From positions 1 through 64,000 of the forward strand of contig CAVQFQ010000016.1 in the NCBI GenBank assembly GCA_963711835.1: a stretch of 64,000 bases of DNA, written 5' to 3'. Every line of letters begins with the position of its first letter. Within the stretch, counting starts at the first letter, position 1. The position numbers and the translations under genes were made by a program. Shown one piece after another: positions 9,521 through 19,384 of the stretch. This DNA comes from an uncultured delta proteobacterium. GTDB lineage: Bacteria > Desulfobacterota > RBG-13-43-22. The notes below the pieces were generated by a model. It was not told the DNA's origin and ran no database searches. It saw nothing but the letters and a program-made list of their open reading frames with translations.

Positions 9521-10384
9521 ATGGGTATCATTGACGTCCACACCCATATTTTCCCTCCTGAAATCTGCCTGGATCGGGAGCGTTATTATCCTCGGGAACC
9601 GGCTTTCGAACTGCTCTATCAGGATAAAAAAAAAGCCCCTCTGAGTACGGCCGAAGGCTTGATTGAGGCCATGGACCGGGACCGGATTCAGGCCTCGGTT
9701 ACCTTCGGCTTTCCCTGGAGCCAGGCGGACCTGATCCGCCGCTCCAACGATTATGTTTTGGAAGCCATGGGCCGTTACCCGGAACGGATCCTGGGCTTTG
9801 CCTGCCTGAACCCGGAACTGCCTGATACTTTGAAAGAGGGAGAACGCTGTCTGCAGGCCGGGATGAAGGGCCTGGGGGAAATCGCTCTTTACCGTCCTGA
9901 AACTCCCGGGGCCTGGAAAGAAATGATCGAGCCGCTGGCCCGGCTGGCCGCTGTTTGGAAGGTTCCTCTGCTCCTCCACGTCAATGAACCGATCGGGCAT
10001 TGGTATCCGGGCAAGGGGCGTCTTCCCTTCTGGGAATTGTATGACCTCATTAAAGCCCACCCCAAAACGCTGTTTATTTTAGCCCACTGGGGCGGGGGGC
10101 TCTGGTGGTACCAGTTATTGAAGCGAGAGGTAAAAGAGGTCCTGGCCAACACCTTTTTCGACACCGCCGCCTCCCCTTTTCTCTACCGGCCGGAAGTTTA
10201 CACCTTCGCCGTGAAGATCATAGGCGAGGGGAAAATCCTCTTTGGAAGCGATTATCCCCTGCTCACCCTGAACCGTTACCAAAGGGAATTGGACCAAGCC
10301 GGATTAACCCGGGAACAACAAGGATGGATCTTAGGGGAAAATACCCAGCGGCTTTTGGACTGGCCCTCCGGCACCCGGCACTAA
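9521..10384 (+). CDS. amidohydrolase_2 family metal-dependent hydrolase
   Basis: IDVHTH, GLGE, LAHWGGG, FDTAA, FGSDYP. Confidence 0.9.
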   Translation: MGIIDVHTHIFPPEICLDRERYYPREPAFELLYQDKKKAPLSTAEGLIEAMDRDRIQASVTFGFPWSQADLIRRSNDYVLEAMGRYPERILGFACLNPELPDTLKEGERCLQAGMKGLGEIALYRPETPGAWKEMIEPLARLAAVWKVPLLLHVNEPIGHWYPGKGRLPFWELYDLIKAHPKTLFILAHWGGGLWWYQLLKREVKEVLANTFFDTAASPFLYRPEVYTFAVKIIGEGKILFGSDYPLLTLNRYQRELDQAGLTREQQGWILGENTQRLLDWPSGTRH

Positions 10385-10402
10385 AAAGAAGAGGTTGTTA
10401 TT

Positions 10403-11836
10403 ATGGCGGAATGGGAAGCCGTGATCGGTTTGGAAATACACGCCCAGTTGCTGACCGAGAGCAAGATTTTTTGCGGCTGCTCCACCCGCTTCGGAGCCGA
10501 ACCTAATACCCACACCTGTCCGGTCTGCCTGGGCCTGCCGGGCTCTTTGCCGGTTTTAAATAAGAAGGTGGTCGACTATACCCTCCGCATGGCCTTGGCC
10601 ACCCATTGCGCCATCGCCTCTTACAGCCTTTTCGCCCGCAAAAACTATTTCTATCCCGACCTCCCCAAGGGCTATCAGATCTCCCAGTATGAACGGCCCA
10701 TTGCCGAAAAGGGCTGGATCGATATTTCAGTCAACGGAGCCATCAAGAGGATCGGCATCACCCGCATCCATATGGAGGAAGACGCCGGGAAATTAATCCA
10801 CGACGAATTCCAGCCGGTCAGTTACGTGGATTACAATCGCACCGGCGTTCCCTTGATCGAGATCGTCAGCGAACCGGATCTGCGCTCGCCGGAGGAAGCC
10901 GGAGACTATTTACGGAGACTGCGCGAGATTCTGCGCTATCTGGATATCTGCAACGGCAATATGGAGGAAGGCAGCTTTCGCTGTGATGCCAATATTTCGT
11001 TGCGACCCCCGGGCCGTTCCGGTTTTGGGACCAAGGCCGAACTAAAAAATATGAATTCCTTTAAAAATGTGGAAAAGGCCCTGGAGTTCGAAATCCGGCG
11101 CCAAGGGGCCCTTCTTGAAGACGGGGGAGAGGTCCTGCAGGAAACCCGCCTCTGGGAGGCTGCCCGGGCTGTGACCTTATCCATGAGAGGCAAGGAAGAG
11201 GCTCACGATTACCGCTACTTTCCCGATCCGGATCTTCTCCCCCTTGAAATAAGTCCGGATTGGATCGATACGGTTCGCCAGGGCCTGCCCGAATTGCCGG
11301 AGGCGAAACGGTCCCGCTTTATCAGCCAGTACGGGCTTCCGGAATACGACGCCCAGATCCTGACCTCATCCAAGTCCCTGGCCGCCTATTTTGAAAAATG
11401 TCTTGACTATCATCCCCAACCCAAGACCGTCAGCAACTGGATTATGGTCGAATTGCTTAAGGAATTAAAAAGGAACGAGTGGGAAATCGACCAGAGTCCG
11501 GTCTCGGCCTTTGACCTGGCCTCCCTCTTGGATTTGATTCAGGAGGGGCTGATCAGCGGTAAAATCGCCAAGACGGTTTTTGAAGAAATGGTCGCCACCG
11601 GTAAGGCCCCCAGGGTTATTGTGGAGGAGAAAGGCCTGGTCCAGGTGACCGATTCCGGGCAGATCCAAACCGTTGTCGATGAAGTCCTCCAGGCCAACCC
11701 GGGAAAAATCGCCGACTATAAAGCCGGGAAGACCAAACTCTTCGGTTTTTTTGTGGGCGAAGTCATGAAAAAATCTAAAGGCAAGGCCAATCCGAAGATC
11801 GTTAACGAACTGTTGAAACAAAAATTGGATTTCTAA
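10403..11836 (+). CDS. gatB: Asp/Glu-tRNA amidotransferase subunit B
   Basis: [45 protein letters not shown]. Confidence 0.98.
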   Translation: MAEWEAVIGLEIHAQLLTESKIFCGCSTRFGAEPNTHTCPVCLGLPGSLPVLNKKVVDYTLRMALATHCAIASYSLFARKNYFYPDLPKGYQISQYERPIAEKGWIDISVNGAIKRIGITRIHMEEDAGKLIHDEFQPVSYVDYNRTGVPLIEIVSEPDLRSPEEAGDYLRRLREILRYLDICNGNMEEGSFRCDANISLRPPGRSGFGTKAELKNMNSFKNVEKALEFEIRRQGALLEDGGEVLQETRLWEAARAVTLSMRGKEEAHDYRYFPDPDLLPLEISPDWIDTVRQGLPELPEAKRSRFISQYGLPEYDAQILTSSKSLAAYFEKCLDYHPQPKTVSNWIMVELLKELKRNEWEIDQSPVSAFDLASLLDLIQEGLISGKIAKTVFEEMVATGKAPRVIVEEKGLVQVTDSGQIQTVVDEVLQANPGKIADYKAGKTKLFGFFVGEVMKKSKGKANPKIVNELLKQKLDF

Positions 11837-11841
11837 TTCAT

Positions 11842-11915
11842 CTGGATTCCGGATTTCGTCCACCTTCCTGCCTGTCCGCGGTGCGCAGGCAAGCGGTGGA
11901 CTTCTCCGGAATGAC
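11842..11915. repeat. nested REP-like palindrome
   Basis: attccgga/tccggaat encloses gtccacc/ggtggac, which encloses tgcctg/caggca. Confidence 0.65.
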
Positions 11916-11954
11916 GTCTTGACTGGTTACGACGCAGTTTTTCTCCCTGATTCT

Positions 11955-11992
11955 CCCTCTCCCCGCCGCGGGAGAGGGTTGGGGTGAGGGGG
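11955..11992. repeat. REP-like CCCTCTCCC...GGGAGAGGG element
   Basis: ccctctccc-cgccgc-gggagaggg followed by ttggggtgagggg; related sequences at ~24476-24516 and ~29111-29146. Confidence 0.55.
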
Positions 11993-12035
11993 ACATCCTT
12001 AGGTAAAAGCCTTTTCCCCTGTTGAGGACAAGCAC

Positions 12036-13085
<1,050 letters not shown>

Positions 13086-13161
13086 GGAACCGGGACCTGA
13101 TCCTCTTTAGCCTACTGCCTCAAGAGCACTGGGGATCATCAACCGGGGGCTTCCACTTAGG

Positions 13162-13190
13162 TTGACAAGAGGGATTATCTATGCTATTTC
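13162..13190 (+). promoter_or_regulatory. sigma-70-like promoter
   Basis: TTGACA-17 bp-TATTTC with an extended -10 TG. Confidence 0.4.
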
Positions 13191-13260
13191 TTGGCTATCT
13201 ATTTAATTTCCCTTTCTTTTTTTCGTCTAAGCTTAAACCTGGGAGGATGGATGAAACCTG

Positions 13261-13299
13261 AAGGCTCTACCTCAATATCTGTGATGAGGGCCTTTTTTT
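13261..13299 (+). terminator. intrinsic terminator-like hairpin
   Basis: aaggc..cctca / tgagg-gcctt stem followed by a T7 run. Confidence 0.5.
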
Positions 13300-13362
13300 G
13301 GTTATTGAACCTGACCCCTTAGCTACCATTTTAGAACCTTAAGAAAAGAAAGGTTCTGATAT

Positions 13363-13413
13363 TTGCCCTATGCTTTCACCGAGCATGGGGTAGCTATGCT
13401 GTCCAGTCTGCTG
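13363..13413 (+). pseudogene. ORF6N-domain protein remnant
   Basis: Translates to LPYAFTEHGVAMLSSLL, the ORF6N signature; an in-frame TGA lies just upstream and there is no full ORF. Confidence 0.7.
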
Positions 13414-13506
13414 GGCGAACCTGGATTTTCTTCTAACCTTTACTGGGTAAGCCCTAATCTCTATCTCAAGCCTTAAATGGATTGGGGTTTCTTGAACCTT
13501 GATTTA

Positions 13507-13545
13507 TGTTCCCGATTTGAGTACAATCGCACCCAATATGAGTAC
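13507..13545. promoter_or_regulatory. tandem imperfect repeats over the MNT start (candidate autoregulatory operator)
   Basis: cccgatttgagtac and cccaatatgagtac; the second overlaps ATG 13538 of an HTH-containing gene. Confidence 0.45.
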
Positions 13546-14134
13546 TAAACACCTGAACGAAAATCTCTCCGGGGCGCTCTTCGGAAAGACCCGGCGCGCC
13601 GTGCTGGCCCTGTTATTTTCCAACCCGGAGGAGTCTTTTTACCTGCGCCAGATCGTGCGGATGACCGGTGCCGGGCAGGGATCGGTTCAGCGGGAGTTAA
13701 AAACACTACTTAAGGCAGGCATCATCGCTCGCTCAGAGAAGGGCCGGCAGGTTTATTTCCAGGTCAACCGGGACTGCCCTATTTTTATTGAGTTAAAGGG
13801 TCTGATCATTAAAACCGCCGGGATGGTCGAGGTACTTCGATCCGCCTTGTCACCGGCGGAGGATCGGGTCAATCTGGCCTTTATATATGGCAGTCAGGCC
13901 CGGGGGGATGCCAAGGCTGCCAGTGACATCGATTTATTTATAGTGGGGAATCTTGATGAGCTTGAATTGCACCGGTTGATCAGCCAGGCGGAGGGGCAAC
14001 TGAACCGTCCCATCAATTACACCTTTTTAACCACTCAAGAGTTTATAAGACGTCAGAAGGAAAAAGGCGGGTTCCTTTCCAGGGTCCTGGCCGGGGAAAG
14101 GATAGCAGTCATGGGGGGAAGGCATGGAGCTTAA
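13538..14134 (+). CDS. ArsR-type wHTH + minimal nucleotidyltransferase (MNT antitoxin-like)
   Basis: LFGKTRRAVLALLF...YLRQIVR...SVQREL HTH; YGSQARG...SDIDLFIVG MNT motif; overlaps the HEPN start. Confidence 0.9.
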   Translation: MSTKHLNENLSGALFGKTRRAVLALLFSNPEESFYLRQIVRMTGAGQGSVQRELKTLLKAGIIARSEKGRQVYFQVNRDCPIFIELKGLIIKTAGMVEVLRSALSPAEDRVNLAFIYGSQARGDAKAASDIDLFIVGNLDELELHRLISQAEGQLNRPINYTFLTTQEFIRRQKEKGGFLSRVLAGERIAVMGGRHGA

Positions 14135-14893
14135 TGAACTCAGAAAAGCGGGACGAGTGCATAAAGAAAAGATTTCCCCAGAAGAGATCCGCCAGGCCCT
14201 GGCCAGAGCGGACAGGGATTTAAAAACAGTCCGAAAAGTTAAATGACCCCCGGCAAAGCCGGGGGCTTATCTTTGTTAGCCCCCCAAGGGGGCCGTTTCA
14301 TGAGTCCCATGAAGGGGACATACTTCATATTCAGACTTGGGAAGGTGGAGACGCCCATCTTTCTTTGTTTGTTCAGGAGTATATTTCTTAACGATTTTTA
14401 TTCCTGACCAATGGGCATTTCCAGAATATTTAAACTCTTAAAAGATTTTTGGTTTAATCTCCGAGTGCAAAATTCAGCGATTTATATTGGTGGTTTTTAC
14501 TATTCTATTGCCTCACACGGTCAAACCTTTCGGAGTCCCCCGGCAAAGCCGGGGGTTTACCTGTTAGAAATTATGGCCGAAGATTGGGACTGGGGTTTCG
14601 CCGTAACCTATAATGCCATCCTCCAGGCCTCCAGGGCTTATATGTTTGCTCAGGGGTATCGTCCGGCTCACGGTGAAGGCCATAAAAATACCTTTACCTT
14701 TATGAAGATCGTCCTGGGCAAAGAGTATGTGGATTTGATCTCCTATTTCGACCGCATGCGGAACAAGCGCAATCAGGCCATCTATGACATGGCTGGGCTG
14801 ATAACGGAAACCGAAGCCAAAAACCTTTTTGCCAAGGCGACCGAATTTGTAAAACTTATCCGCAGCAAGTTAATGGACAAAGGGAAAAATTGA
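14124..14893 (+). pseudogene. HEPN-domain protein interrupted by a 332-bp element
   Basis: 14124-14237 (38 codons) joins in frame to 14570-14893 (IMAEDWDWGFAVTYNAILQASRA...RNKRNQAIYD), giving 145 aa once 14238-14569 is removed. Confidence 0.88.
14238..14569 (-). mobile_element. non-autonomous IS200/IS605-family element, copy 1 (332 bp)
   Basis: Hairpin CCCCCGGC-AAA-GCCGGGGG near both ends; no TIR or TSD; minus-strand tnpA-like C-terminal remnant IVKKYTPEQTKKDGRL; same sequence as 15963-16294. Confidence 0.88.
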
Positions 14894-15098
14894 ATTGTCC
14901 TGTTTATTCCAGGACCGGATCAATCTGCTCCAGGTAACCGGGGAGCCCAGGGCTAAATATGGCAGGAAATGATTCAAAGACCCGGAGTTTTTGTTGAGGC
15001 CGGTACTATTAACAAAAAGAAGCAATTCCTGCACCAACGTACCGGGTCCTAATCGCGTACTCGACCGACTCTGAACATATCAACAAAGGAGACAGGCA

Positions 15099-15967
15099 AT
15101 GGCAAAAGTCGCATTCCTTGGCCTCGGCGTCATGGGCTTTCCGATGGCCGGCTATCTGGCCAAGAACGGCCATGAGGTCACCGTGTGTAACCGCACGCGT
15201 GCCAAGGCCGACGCCTGGGTGGCCGAGCATGGCGGCAAGACGGCCGATACGCCCAAAGCCGCCGTCCAAGGGGCGTCCATCGTATTTTCTTGCGTCGGCG
15301 ACGACCCGGACCTGCGGGCAATTACCGTGGGCGCAAACGGCGCTTTCGAAGGCATGGCCGCGGGCAGTATTTACGTCGACCACACCACCGCCTCGGCCAA
15401 CATCGCGCGCGAACTGTTCACCACGGCGGCAAAAAAAGGCATCCATTTCATCGATGCGCCGGTTTCAGGCGGCCAGGCGGGGGCCGAGAACGGCACGCTG
15501 ACGGTGATGTGCGGCGGCGAAGCAGGCCCATTCGAGATAGCCAGGCCGGTGATTGCCCACTTCGCCAAGGCCGTAACGCTGCTCGGGCCCGCCGGCGCGG
15601 GCCAGCTTACCAAAATGGTCAACCAGATCTGCATCGCGGGTCTGTTGCAGGGTCTTGCCGAAGGCATCAACTTCGGCCTCAAGGCGGGCCTGGACATGAA
15701 GCAGGTGCTGGATGTGATCGGCAAGGGCGCAGCCCAGTCCTGGCAAATGGACAACCGCGGCAAGACCATGGTGGACGACCAATTCGATTTTGGCTTTGCC
15801 GTGGACTGGATGCGCAAGGACCTGCGCATCTGCCTCGAGGAGGCGAAGAAAAACGGCGCGCGCTGCCGGTCACCGAAATTATTAATGGCTACTATGGTGA
15901 AGTGCAGAAAATGGGCGGCGGGCGCAGGGATACCTCCAGCCTGATCCGGCGTCTCGGAAAAAGTTAA
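15099..15967 (+). CDS. NAD(P)-dependent oxidoreductase, 3-hydroxyisobutyrate dehydrogenase family (one frameshift near 15860)
   Basis: AFLGLGVMGFPMA, DAPVSGG, KMVNQI; the C-terminus LPVTE...DTSSLIRRL is in another frame; visibly more GC-rich than its flanks. Confidence 0.88.
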
Positions 15968-16294
15968 ATGACCCCCGGCAAAGCCGGGGGCTTATCTTTG
16001 TTAGCCCCCCAAGGGGGCCGTTTCATGAGTCCCATGAAGGGGACATACTTCATATTCAGACTTGGGAAGGTGGAGACGCCCATCTTTCTTTGTTTGTTCA
16101 GGAGTATATTTCTTAACGATTTTTATTCCTGACCAATGGGCATTTCCAGAATATTTAAACTCTTAAAAGATTTTTGGTTTAATCTCCGAGTGCAAAATTC
16201 AGCGATTTATATTGGTGGTTTTTACTATTCTATTGCCTCACACGGTCAAACCTTTCGGAGTCCCCCGGCAAAGCCGGGGGTTTACCTGTTAGAA
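15963..16294 (-). mobile_element. non-autonomous IS200/IS605-family element, copy 2 (332 bp)
   Basis: Identical by eye to 14238-14569, with the same AAAA^ATTA empty-site context. Confidence 0.88.
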
Positions 16295-16410
16295 ATTAGC
16301 AAAGCACGTAATCAGGGAACAACAGGCGCGGTATGAAATCGGTCGCGGGCGGAAGCATGGAGGGGATATGGTATGAGCAGGGAGGGATGGAATACTTTCA
16401 AAATTGGTGA

Positions 16411-16806
16411 CATTGGGGTGTAGGGGAGGCCGAATTTTTTGAGCGTTTTTGTTCCAAGTATGCCAGAAGAAAATGGTTTGGTGAGAGATTTCAGGAATTT
16501 TTGGCACTTATTAAATCAACCGCACAACTTGATCGTCTTTTTGTTTGGGGAAGTTTTGTTAGCTCCAAGGAATCTCCATATGATATTGATATGTTGCTGG
16601 TGATGAAAGAAACTTTTGATCTGGAAAAAGTATCTGCGGATAATGAAGTTATTTTCGATCATGCAGCTGCTCGAATCCGGTTTCACATGGATATTTTCTG
16701 GTCGAAGGCCAATATTGGAGAAGAGGTCCTGCGCCTTTGGTTGGAAACTTATCAAATAACCAAGGACTTTAAAAGGAGAGGAATCTTGGAGGTGATACTA
16801 ACATGA
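16411..16806 (+). pseudogene. DUF6932-like nucleotidyltransferase-fold protein, 5'-truncated
   Basis: EFFERF...RRKWFGERF...LFVWGSFVSSKESPYDIDML...RGILEV; the frame is open from 16411 after a TGA, with no convincing start. Confidence 0.6.
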
Positions 16807-17003
16807 TAAAAAACGACGAACAACTGATAATGGCCCAAAAAACAATAGAAAATTTGCAAAAAATTCTTTTGGGAACCAGAAAGGTCCATTCAAAGGCCGA
16901 ATACCGAGCCATATCCGAACCGGTTTTGTTAGAGATCCAGCAGCGGGAGCAAGATATCTTTGATTATTTAAGTAAAACGCCCAAGGAAATTTCATTAGCC
17001 TGA
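16803..17003 (+). CDS. small helical partner protein
   Basis: MIKNDEQL...Q; ATGA overlap with the upstream gene. Confidence 0.65.
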   Translation: MIKNDEQLIMAQKTIENLQKILLGTRKVHSKAEYRAISEPVLLEIQQREQDIFDYLSKTPKEISLA

Positions 17004-17166
17004 TCCTGGGTTGGTTAGGATTTTTCTTTAGAAGGGTGAAAAGGCGGTGTTTAGGGAAGTCCAGGGCGGAATGGATTGAGGGCGGCCCAGATCAATAAGG
17101 CCCATGGTCGGCGAATATAACCGAGAGCCAGGGTGGCATTACAAGTATGTAGGGGACTAATCTTGT

Positions 17167-17463
17167 ATGATGACCTTTAAGCAATTTGTTGCCATTCCGA
17201 AATCTATCCCTGCCGCTACCTCCTGGTACCTCGCCGATCTCGGAGAGGCAAAAGGCAAGCAGGAGCTTTTTGCCCGCCAGGCCGTAGATTCTTTTTCAGG
17301 ACCATTCACCCTGACCGAACTGGAACGGAAATCCCCGCAAATCAGCCGGGATATGGTCCGAAAGGTCCTTCGGGATATGCAAACAAAAGATCTCGTGGAA
17401 TGTCTAGGCCGAGGACCGGGTGCCTTGTGGCAGAGAAAAGGTATTACCCTTAAAAGAGGGTAA
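17167..17463 (+). pseudogene. Fic-family gene with in-frame internal deletion
   Basis: Fic-like N-terminus (SWYLADLGEAKGKQELFARQ) joined directly to a C-terminal wHTH (FTLTELER...SRDMVRKVL...GRGPGALW); no HPFxxGNGR motif. Confidence 0.7.
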
Positions 17464-17565
17464 AAATAAGGTAATGTTGACAAGACCTATTCAAAAAATT
17501 ACGGGGACACATTGCTTATTTTTTAGGGGAGAAGGCGGTAGGGGTAAAAACGGAAGGAGAACTTC

Positions 17566-17769
17566 ATGGATGGAAAAAACCGGGCTGATATTAAACCGGG
17601 TGCCCGGGTGCGGGTGGTACAAAAACAAGATCAGCCTTCCGGGAAACTGACGGAAGGAGTGGTTAAGGATATCCTTACCGGATCGCCTAATCATCCTCAC
17701 GGAATCAAAGTGCGCCTGGTAAGCGGTGTGGTGGGCCGGGTGAAAGACATACTTTCTGAAGGATCCTGA
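17566..17769 (+). CDS. YwbE family protein
   Basis: MDGKNRADIKPG...KQDQPSGKLTEGVVKDILT...HPHGIKVRL..G.VGRV. Confidence 0.9.
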   Translation: MDGKNRADIKPGARVRVVQKQDQPSGKLTEGVVKDILTGSPNHPHGIKVRLVSGVVGRVKDILSEGS

Positions 17770-17796
17770 ATACGAAGGTCGTGAAGCGGTTTTCCC

Positions 17797-18381
17797 ATGA
17801 ATAATGATGCCATGTTCACCGATGTGAGTCTCCATCCCAAGCTTCGGTCCGGGGTGGGGGGTTATCTGGTCGTTCCCTCCTCATTTCTAATGGGTCCCTC
17901 TCAAAACAGGGCCAGGGCCGAGGTTGCCGAACGGTTGGTGTTGCGAAGATTTGAAGGCACCTCTTCGACAGAGCTGGAAGTCCGAACCGTTTTGTGGGCC
18001 TTGGAAGAATATCAAAAAGAAAAGGGCCCCGGCCCGGGGCATTTAGCAGTCTATACCGATTCTCAGTGCCTTACCGGTCTGCTGAAGAGAAGACCCAGAC
18101 TGGAGGACACGGCTTTCATTTCTAAGAGGACCAATCGCCCGTTAAAAAACGCCCCCCTTTATTGCCGATTTTACCAATTCTATGACGAACTGGGCTTTGA
18201 AATCATCAAGGTGGCCGGGCACACCCGTTCAAGTTCCCAGAACCTGGTTCACCGCATTTTCTCATGGGTAGACAGGGAAGTACGAAAGGCCTTAACCCAT
18301 TGCCGCCACAGCGATGATGACGGGGGGAGTCCTTTACGGGTGGCCTCTATGGAAAGGGGCCGCGAGGCTGTTCCCTTTTAG
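17797..18381 (+). CDS. ribonuclease H-like protein
   Basis: FTDVS...GVGGY, STELE, VYTDSQC, KVAGH, VDREVRKAL. Confidence 0.75.
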   Translation: MNNDAMFTDVSLHPKLRSGVGGYLVVPSSFLMGPSQNRARAEVAERLVLRRFEGTSSTELEVRTVLWALEEYQKEKGPGPGHLAVYTDSQCLTGLLKRRPRLEDTAFISKRTNRPLKNAPLYCRFYQFYDELGFEIIKVAGHTRSSSQNLVHRIFSWVDREVRKALTHCRHSDDDGGSPLRVASMERGREAVPF

Positions 18382-18410
18382 GGAGGAATAAATATGGGAG
18401 GATCCAGATT

Positions 18411-19229
18411 ATGACCTATCAGGCTGAGACGAAGAACATGGCCCTTTTCTGCGACTTTGAAAATGTCGCTTTGGGGGTTCGCGACGCCAACTATGCCCAA
18501 TTCGATATTGACAAGGTGATCGAACGGCTCCTGCTCAAGGGCAATATCGTGGTCAAAAAGGCCTATTGCGACTGGGAACGCTACAAGGAATTTAAGAAGG
18601 CCATGCATGAAGCGTCCTTTGAGTTGATCGAGATCCCGCACCTGCGCCAGTCGGGCAAGAACTCCGCCGATATCCGCATGGTGGTGGACGCCCTCGACCT
18701 GTGCTATACCAAAGGACACGTGGACACCTTTGTCATCATCAGCGGCGACTCGGATTTTTCCCCGCTGGTCAGCAAGCTGCGGGAGAACAACAAGATCGTC
18801 ATCGGAGTGGGCGTCAAGAATTCCACCTCGGACTTGTTGATCGCCAACTGTGATGAGTTTATCTACTACGACGACCTGGTTCGCCGTCCGCTTCCACGCC
18901 CACAGGTGGTTGGCGGGGAGACCGGCCGCAAGGCCCGAGGCCCTGCGGCGAAAGCCGTTCAGCCCATCAAAGACAAGAAACAGGAGGCCTGGGATCTGGT
19001 GGTCAAGACCTATGAAGCCTTGCTGGAGGAGCGGGGAGAGGGGGAGAAGATCTGGGGGTCCATGATCAAGCAGACCCTGAAACGCCGGAAGCCCGGCTTC
19101 AGCGAATCCTACTACGGTTTCCGGTCTTTCGGCCAGTTGCTGGAGGAGGCGGAAGCGAAGGGGATCCTCAAACTGGAACGTGACGAAAAATCCGGCGGCT
19201 TTATCATCCAGGGTTGTCAGATGCCATAA
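18411..19229 (+). CDS. NYN (LabA/DUF88) domain protein with C-terminal LOTUS/OST-HTH
   Basis: FCDFEN, GKNSADIRMVVDA, SGDSDFSPL, PGFSESYYGFRSFGQLL. Confidence 0.92.
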   Translation: MTYQAETKNMALFCDFENVALGVRDANYAQFDIDKVIERLLLKGNIVVKKAYCDWERYKEFKKAMHEASFELIEIPHLRQSGKNSADIRMVVDALDLCYTKGHVDTFVIISGDSDFSPLVSKLRENNKIVIGVGVKNSTSDLLIANCDEFIYYDDLVRRPLPRPQVVGGETGRKARGPAAKAVQPIKDKKQEAWDLVVKTYEALLEERGEGEKIWGSMIKQTLKRRKPGFSESYYGFRSFGQLLEEAEAKGILKLERDEKSGGFIIQGCQMP

Positions 19230-19384
19230 AAGGGGACATTGGGTTTATAGTCCGGGACGTTGTAGAATTTGTTGAATTGGTATTGTATGGCCCGAAGAGA
19301 GCCCGAAAGGACCGAAACGTTAGACCACGCCACCAACGGCCAAAGAAAGGTCTTTCAATTCTTACATAAAAGGAGAAAATTTCG

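Noticed and set aside
14238-14569. Group I intron/IStron, or a TnpB omega-RNA carrier
   Set aside because: The 5' exon would end in A rather than U, no group I core motifs are recognisable, and no tnpB sequence is visible.
14411-14893. 160-aa ORF, and the matching 66-aa ORF at 16136-16336, as genuine genes
   Set aside because: Their shared N-terminus lies within the repeated element; the real HEPN start is 14124.
16357-16423. hsdM/hsdS junction remnant (MEGIWYE / MSREGWNTFKIGDIG)
   Set aside because: The resemblance covers too few residues to support a call.
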